DNA of 39,202 nucleotides from Firmicutes bacterium UBA3567 (GTDB lineage Bacteria > Bacillota > Thermosediminibacteria > Koleobacterales > UBA3567). A model generated the notes under the pieces. The model was given only the letters and a program-made list of their open reading frames with translations, was not told the DNA's origin and made no database searches. The DNA is taken from assembly GCA_002376045.1 (NCBI GenBank), contig DFNM01000225.1, positions 1 to 39,202 of the forward strand, given 5' to 3'. This document shows positions 36,206-39,202 of the stretch, in pieces. The number at the start of each line of letters is the position of its first letter. Positions within the stretch are counted from its first letter, which is position 1. The translations under genes were made by a program, and so were the position numbers.

Positions 36206-36298
36206 AACAACTGCTTCTACACCAGTATGGAACAGAACCAACTCAAAGACAGGGGCACAAGTGTTTTTTGGCCAATAAAAAACAAATCCAGAAGGGTT

Positions 36299-37195
36299 AT
36301 GCACAGAGGAAGGGCAGGGATAATTTTGGAAAACACGAAATATATAATTGAGACTAAAAACTTAGTTAAAGTTTTTGGAAAGATTAAGGCTGTAGATGAC
36401 ATAAGTTTTGAAATTGCACGGGGAGAAATTTTTGCCCTTTTAGGCCCCAATGGAGCGGGTAAGACTACCACCATCAGAATGCTTATAACATTGAGCCGGC
36501 CCACATCAGGGACGGCATTAATTAATGGGTATGATGTTGTAAGACAGCCCTTTGAGGTAAAAAAGCAGATTGGAGTTGTACCTCAGCAGTCAAATTTAGA
36601 GCGGGAGTTAACCGCGTGGGAAAACATGGAACTCACTGGAATGCTCTACGGCATGAAAAAGGAGGATAGGAGAAAAAGGATACAGGAATTACTCGAATAT
36701 GTTGGCCTTTTGGATAGAGCGCACAGCAATGTAGAGGAATACTCTGGAGGCATGAAGCGCAGGTTGATGATTGCCCGGGCTCTAATGCACAGACCTCGCA
36801 TACTGTTTCTGGATGAGCCTACAGTGGGTCTAGATCCCCAGACCAGACGCAAGATATGGGATTTAATAAAAAGCATGAACCGGTCAGGGATGACGGTTAT
36901 GTTTACAACCCATTACATGGAAGAAGCTGAAAATCTGTGTAACAGAGTAGCCATAATGAACAGGGGGAAATTAATAGCTGTGGGAACACCGCACGAACTG
37001 AAGCAAAATATAGGAAGGATTGTGTTAGAACACTTAGAAGGCGATGTTACAACAAGACGGTTTTTCCAATCGAGGATGGAAGCATTGAAGTATGCAGGTT
37101 CACTGAAAGACAATACAAATATAAATATAAGGCCAGCAAATCTTGAAGATGTTTTTGTCATGTTGACAGGAGACGATTTATCAGATTTAGGGTGA
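36299..37195 (+). CDS. ABC-2-type exporter ATPase (DrrA/CcmA-like)
   Basis: Walker A GPNGAGKTT, signature YSGGMKRR, Walker B LFLDEPTVGLD. The start is uncertain: ATG 36299, or TTG 36326 after GGAAGGGCAGGG. The ORF-track start at 36125 spans the hairpin and is unlikely. Confidence 0.85.
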   Translation: MHRGRAGIILENTKYIIETKNLVKVFGKIKAVDDISFEIARGEIFALLGPNGAGKTTTIRMLITLSRPTSGTALINGYDVVRQPFEVKKQIGVVPQQSNLERELTAWENMELTGMLYGMKKEDRRKRIQELLEYVGLLDRAHSNVEEYSGGMKRRLMIARALMHRPRILFLDEPTVGLDPQTRRKIWDLIKSMNRSGMTVMFTTHYMEEAENLCNRVAIMNRGKLIAVGTPHELKQNIGRIVLEHLEGDVTTRRFFQSRMEALKYAGSLKDNTNINIRPANLEDVFVMLTGDDLSDLG

Positions 37196-37216
37196 TAACA
37201 ACAGGAGGAATAACAG

Positions 37217-37966
37217 ATGAACGATTTTTTAAAATTTTATCCTATTTTTTGGAGAGAGATGGTTTACCGGAAAAAACGGTTGGGCAAGATACTGATAGGG
37301 AGCGTAATAAATCCTATACTATTTCTTACAACTTTTGGATTGGGATTAGGCAAAAGGATATCAGTTGGTGGAGAAAACTACCTGGATTTTGTGCTGCCCG
37401 GAATAATAGCTCTCTCTTCTTTGAACAACAGCTATAACAGCATTGGTGCTGATTTGAACATAAGAAGGACGATATACAAAGCCTTTGACCAGTACGTAGT
37501 AGCACCTATAAAGCCGTCTTCTATTGTATTGGGGGAGGTCCTCGCTGGAGCGCTTCATGGGTTTGTTTCTTGTTTTATACTTTTGGGTTTGGGTTTTCTT
37601 TTTGGTGCACACGTAAGATTGACCCTGATGTTTTTTATAGTGTTGTTCACTTCATGCATAATCTTTGCTTCCCTTGGTGTTGTGGCGGCTATGGTGGCGG
37701 ATTCCCACGCAGATATGGCGAGTTTCGGAACCTTTGTTCTCCTCCCCATGACATTCTTGGGAGGGACATTTTTCCCGGTGGATTCTATGCCGATAATTGT
37801 TAAAGCACTCGTCTGGATGATGCCGCTCACACCCGTAAGTTTTTCTTTGCGCAGCATCGTATTGGGTAAAGGTGTGCCTGTCTATTCCATCATAGGAGTA
37901 TTTGCATGGGCTGTAATAATGTATGTGCTAGCAGTAGTTATGGTTTCAAGGAAATCGGCCAATTGA
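37217..37966 (+). CDS. ABC-2 family transporter permease
   Basis: AGGAGG RBS. 249 aa with about 6 TM segments. It lies 21 nt after the ATPase gene. Confidence 0.8.
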   Translation: MNDFLKFYPIFWREMVYRKKRLGKILIGSVINPILFLTTFGLGLGKRISVGGENYLDFVLPGIIALSSLNNSYNSIGADLNIRRTIYKAFDQYVVAPIKPSSIVLGEVLAGALHGFVSCFILLGLGFLFGAHVRLTLMFFIVLFTSCIIFASLGVVAAMVADSHADMASFGTFVLLPMTFLGGTFFPVDSMPIIVKALVWMMPLTPVSFSLRSIVLGKGVPVYSIIGVFAWAVIMYVLAVVMVSRKSAN

Positions 37967-37984
37967 AGGGATTTTTGGCAGGAG

Positions 37985-38911
37985 GTGATAAAAACCGTGG
38001 TCGACTTTGTTGTTGTAGCTGTAACGGGAAGGTGCAATTTGGCCTGCCGCTATTGCTATGGGTTGGGAAATGTTAGAAATCAGGGAGACATGTCTTGGGA
38101 GACAGCAGCAAAGATTTTAAACTATTTGAAAAAACAGACCAACAATGAATGTCATCCTGTTGTAGTTCAATTTACAGGTGGAGAACCTTTGTTGAACTTT
38201 GCTTTAATCGAAAAGATGATAAAAGCTTCCCGGGAAGAGAACCTGCCGATTATTTTTCAGATCCAAACGAATGCTACTTTGTTGACACCCCAAATAGTAA
38301 CACAACTTAAGGAATGGAAAATTGGCATTGGGGTAAGTCTGGACGGCATTCCCAGTGTCAATGATGCTATGCGGCCCAGCCGTGACGGAAGCCCTTCCAC
38401 GCTGCAAGTTGTGCGTGGGATAGAGCTTTTAAAAGAAGAAGGACTGTATGTAAACATAACGACAGTGCTCACTAGAGAAAGTTTGGCTCAATTGGACAAA
38501 CTGATTGATATGGCCTATTATTTAGGAAATGTAAAGGGTATAAGCTTTAACGTAATGCGTCCTATCGGTGGTGCAGGTAATATACCTGTTTTGTCCGAGC
38601 AAGAAGTGGCACGCAAGGTTAAAAGTGCTGTTAGAAGGGCTCAAATGCATAAAGATTTGACAGGGCACAGGTTAAATTTTAAATTTGTAGAGCGTGTTAA
38701 AAAATATGGGAAGAAAATTGAGTGTGCCTGTTTTAGAGGCCGAGCAATATTTGTGGATACTGGCGGAAGAGTTTATCCTTGTCCTTCCTTGGCAGGACAG
38801 GAGAAATTTTTAATGGGTAACATAGAAGAGGAATCCTTTCATGCTAAACAATATTCCAGTGTTTGCCCTTATCTGCATCAGTGCAGAATGCTTGACAGAA
38901 TAGCAGGGTAA
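37985..38911 (+). CDS. small radical SAM enzyme with a partial SPASM/twitch-like C-terminal Cys cluster
   Basis: CX3CX2C in VTGRCNLACRYCY, with FTGGEPLL, QTNATLL and GVSLDG. C-terminal CACF...GGRVYPCP...VCPYLHQC. An alternative in-frame GTG start at 37997 lies 11 nt after AGGAGG. Confidence 0.8.
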   Translation: MIKTVVDFVVVAVTGRCNLACRYCYGLGNVRNQGDMSWETAAKILNYLKKQTNNECHPVVVQFTGGEPLLNFALIEKMIKASREENLPIIFQIQTNATLLTPQIVTQLKEWKIGIGVSLDGIPSVNDAMRPSRDGSPSTLQVVRGIELLKEEGLYVNITTVLTRESLAQLDKLIDMAYYLGNVKGISFNVMRPIGGAGNIPVLSEQEVARKVKSAVRRAQMHKDLTGHRLNFKFVERVKKYGKKIECACFRGRAIFVDTGGRVYPCPSLAGQEKFLMGNIEEESFHAKQYSSVCPYLHQCRMLDRIAG

Positions 38912-38959
38912 GGCTTCACAAATTCACAATCTCAGTTCGCTTTTCATGCTTTTAAATAA

Positions 38960-39016
38960 CTACTCAGGCACCTAATTTTTTTGAGTGTGCTGAGTAGGGG
39001 TATTTTTTATTTTTCA
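38960..39016 (+). terminator. terminator region ending the riboswitch-2 gene string
   Basis: 8-bp stem CTACTCAG (38960-38967) / CTGAGTAG (38990-38997), extendable, followed by GGGTATTTTTTATTTTT. An overlapping second hairpin is GGGGTATTT/AAATACCCC (38997-39026). Confidence 0.55.
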
Positions 39017-39202
39017 GAAATACCCCTAAAAAGCAAATACAGAAATTCAAATCACAAATTAGATGCAGAAAAATAACACATGTGCAACATTGCACGTATT
39101 GGTAGCAATATTGTACAACGCACAAAAAACAGAATTTAAACAGTATTCTGCAAAAACAATATAAGGCTATTATGTATTTTTAGTGCAATAATGCTAATAT
39201 AT

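Noticed and set aside
36125-36298. 58-codon N-terminal extension of the ABC-2 ATPase
   Set aside because: There is no RBS, the extension spans the hairpin/T-run at 36171-36205, and the sequence is unlike ABC ATPase N-termini. The conserved domain begins just after 36299-36326.
1-39202. Search for CRISPR arrays, IS elements or transposases, integrases, tRNA/rRNA genes, and toxin-antitoxin or defence-system genes
   Set aside because: I saw no regularly spaced repeats, no terminal inverted repeats bounding an ORF, no recombinase- or nuclease-like translations, and no cloverleaf-like sequences in the intergenic regions. The window is metabolic and transport in character.

Overview
This 39.2-kb window looks like a low-GC anaerobic Firmicutes/Clostridia-type chromosome. 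That taxon call is an inference from GGAGG-type RBSs, K/E/I-rich proteins and an early-cobalt cbi pathway. Layout: (1) On the + strand, a 5'-truncated PepV-type dipeptidase and a histidine-phosphatase (CobC-like) gene. (2) A minus-strand unit: consensus promoter -> decayed PlsC-like acyltransferase pseudogene -> patatin-like lipase -> radical SAM enzyme -> HTH regulator -> phasin-like protein -> terminator. (3) A promoter, cobalamin riboswitch 1 and a terminator in front of a tightly coupled anaerobic cobalamin operon: cbiA-cbiP-cbiB-cobD-pduX-cbiX-cbiC-cbiD-cbiE-cbiT-cbiL-cbiF-cbiG-cbiH-cbiJ, then a gap and cobT. (4) A perfect consensus promoter, cobalamin riboswitch 2 and a terminator in front of about 17.5 kb of same-strand genes. 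These are two paralogous lipoprotein substrate-binding proteins flanking a FecCD permease and ATPase, a polytopic membrane protein coupled to a long CbiZ, a Cys-rich signal-less BtuF-like protein, CobN, ChlI-like and ChlD-like chelatase subunits, an ABC-2 exporter pair and a small radical SAM/SPASM-like enzyme. I recognised no rRNA, tRNA, CRISPR array, transposase or integrase. The most interesting feature is the B12-riboswitch-gated salvage operon. It carries an ATP-dependent class I CobN-ChlI-ChlD chelatase with a cysteine-rich cytosolic binding protein, an exporter and a radical SAM enzyme, in an organism whose own pathway already uses the class II chelatase CbiX. All family assignments come from reading motifs in the translations. 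No database search was run.
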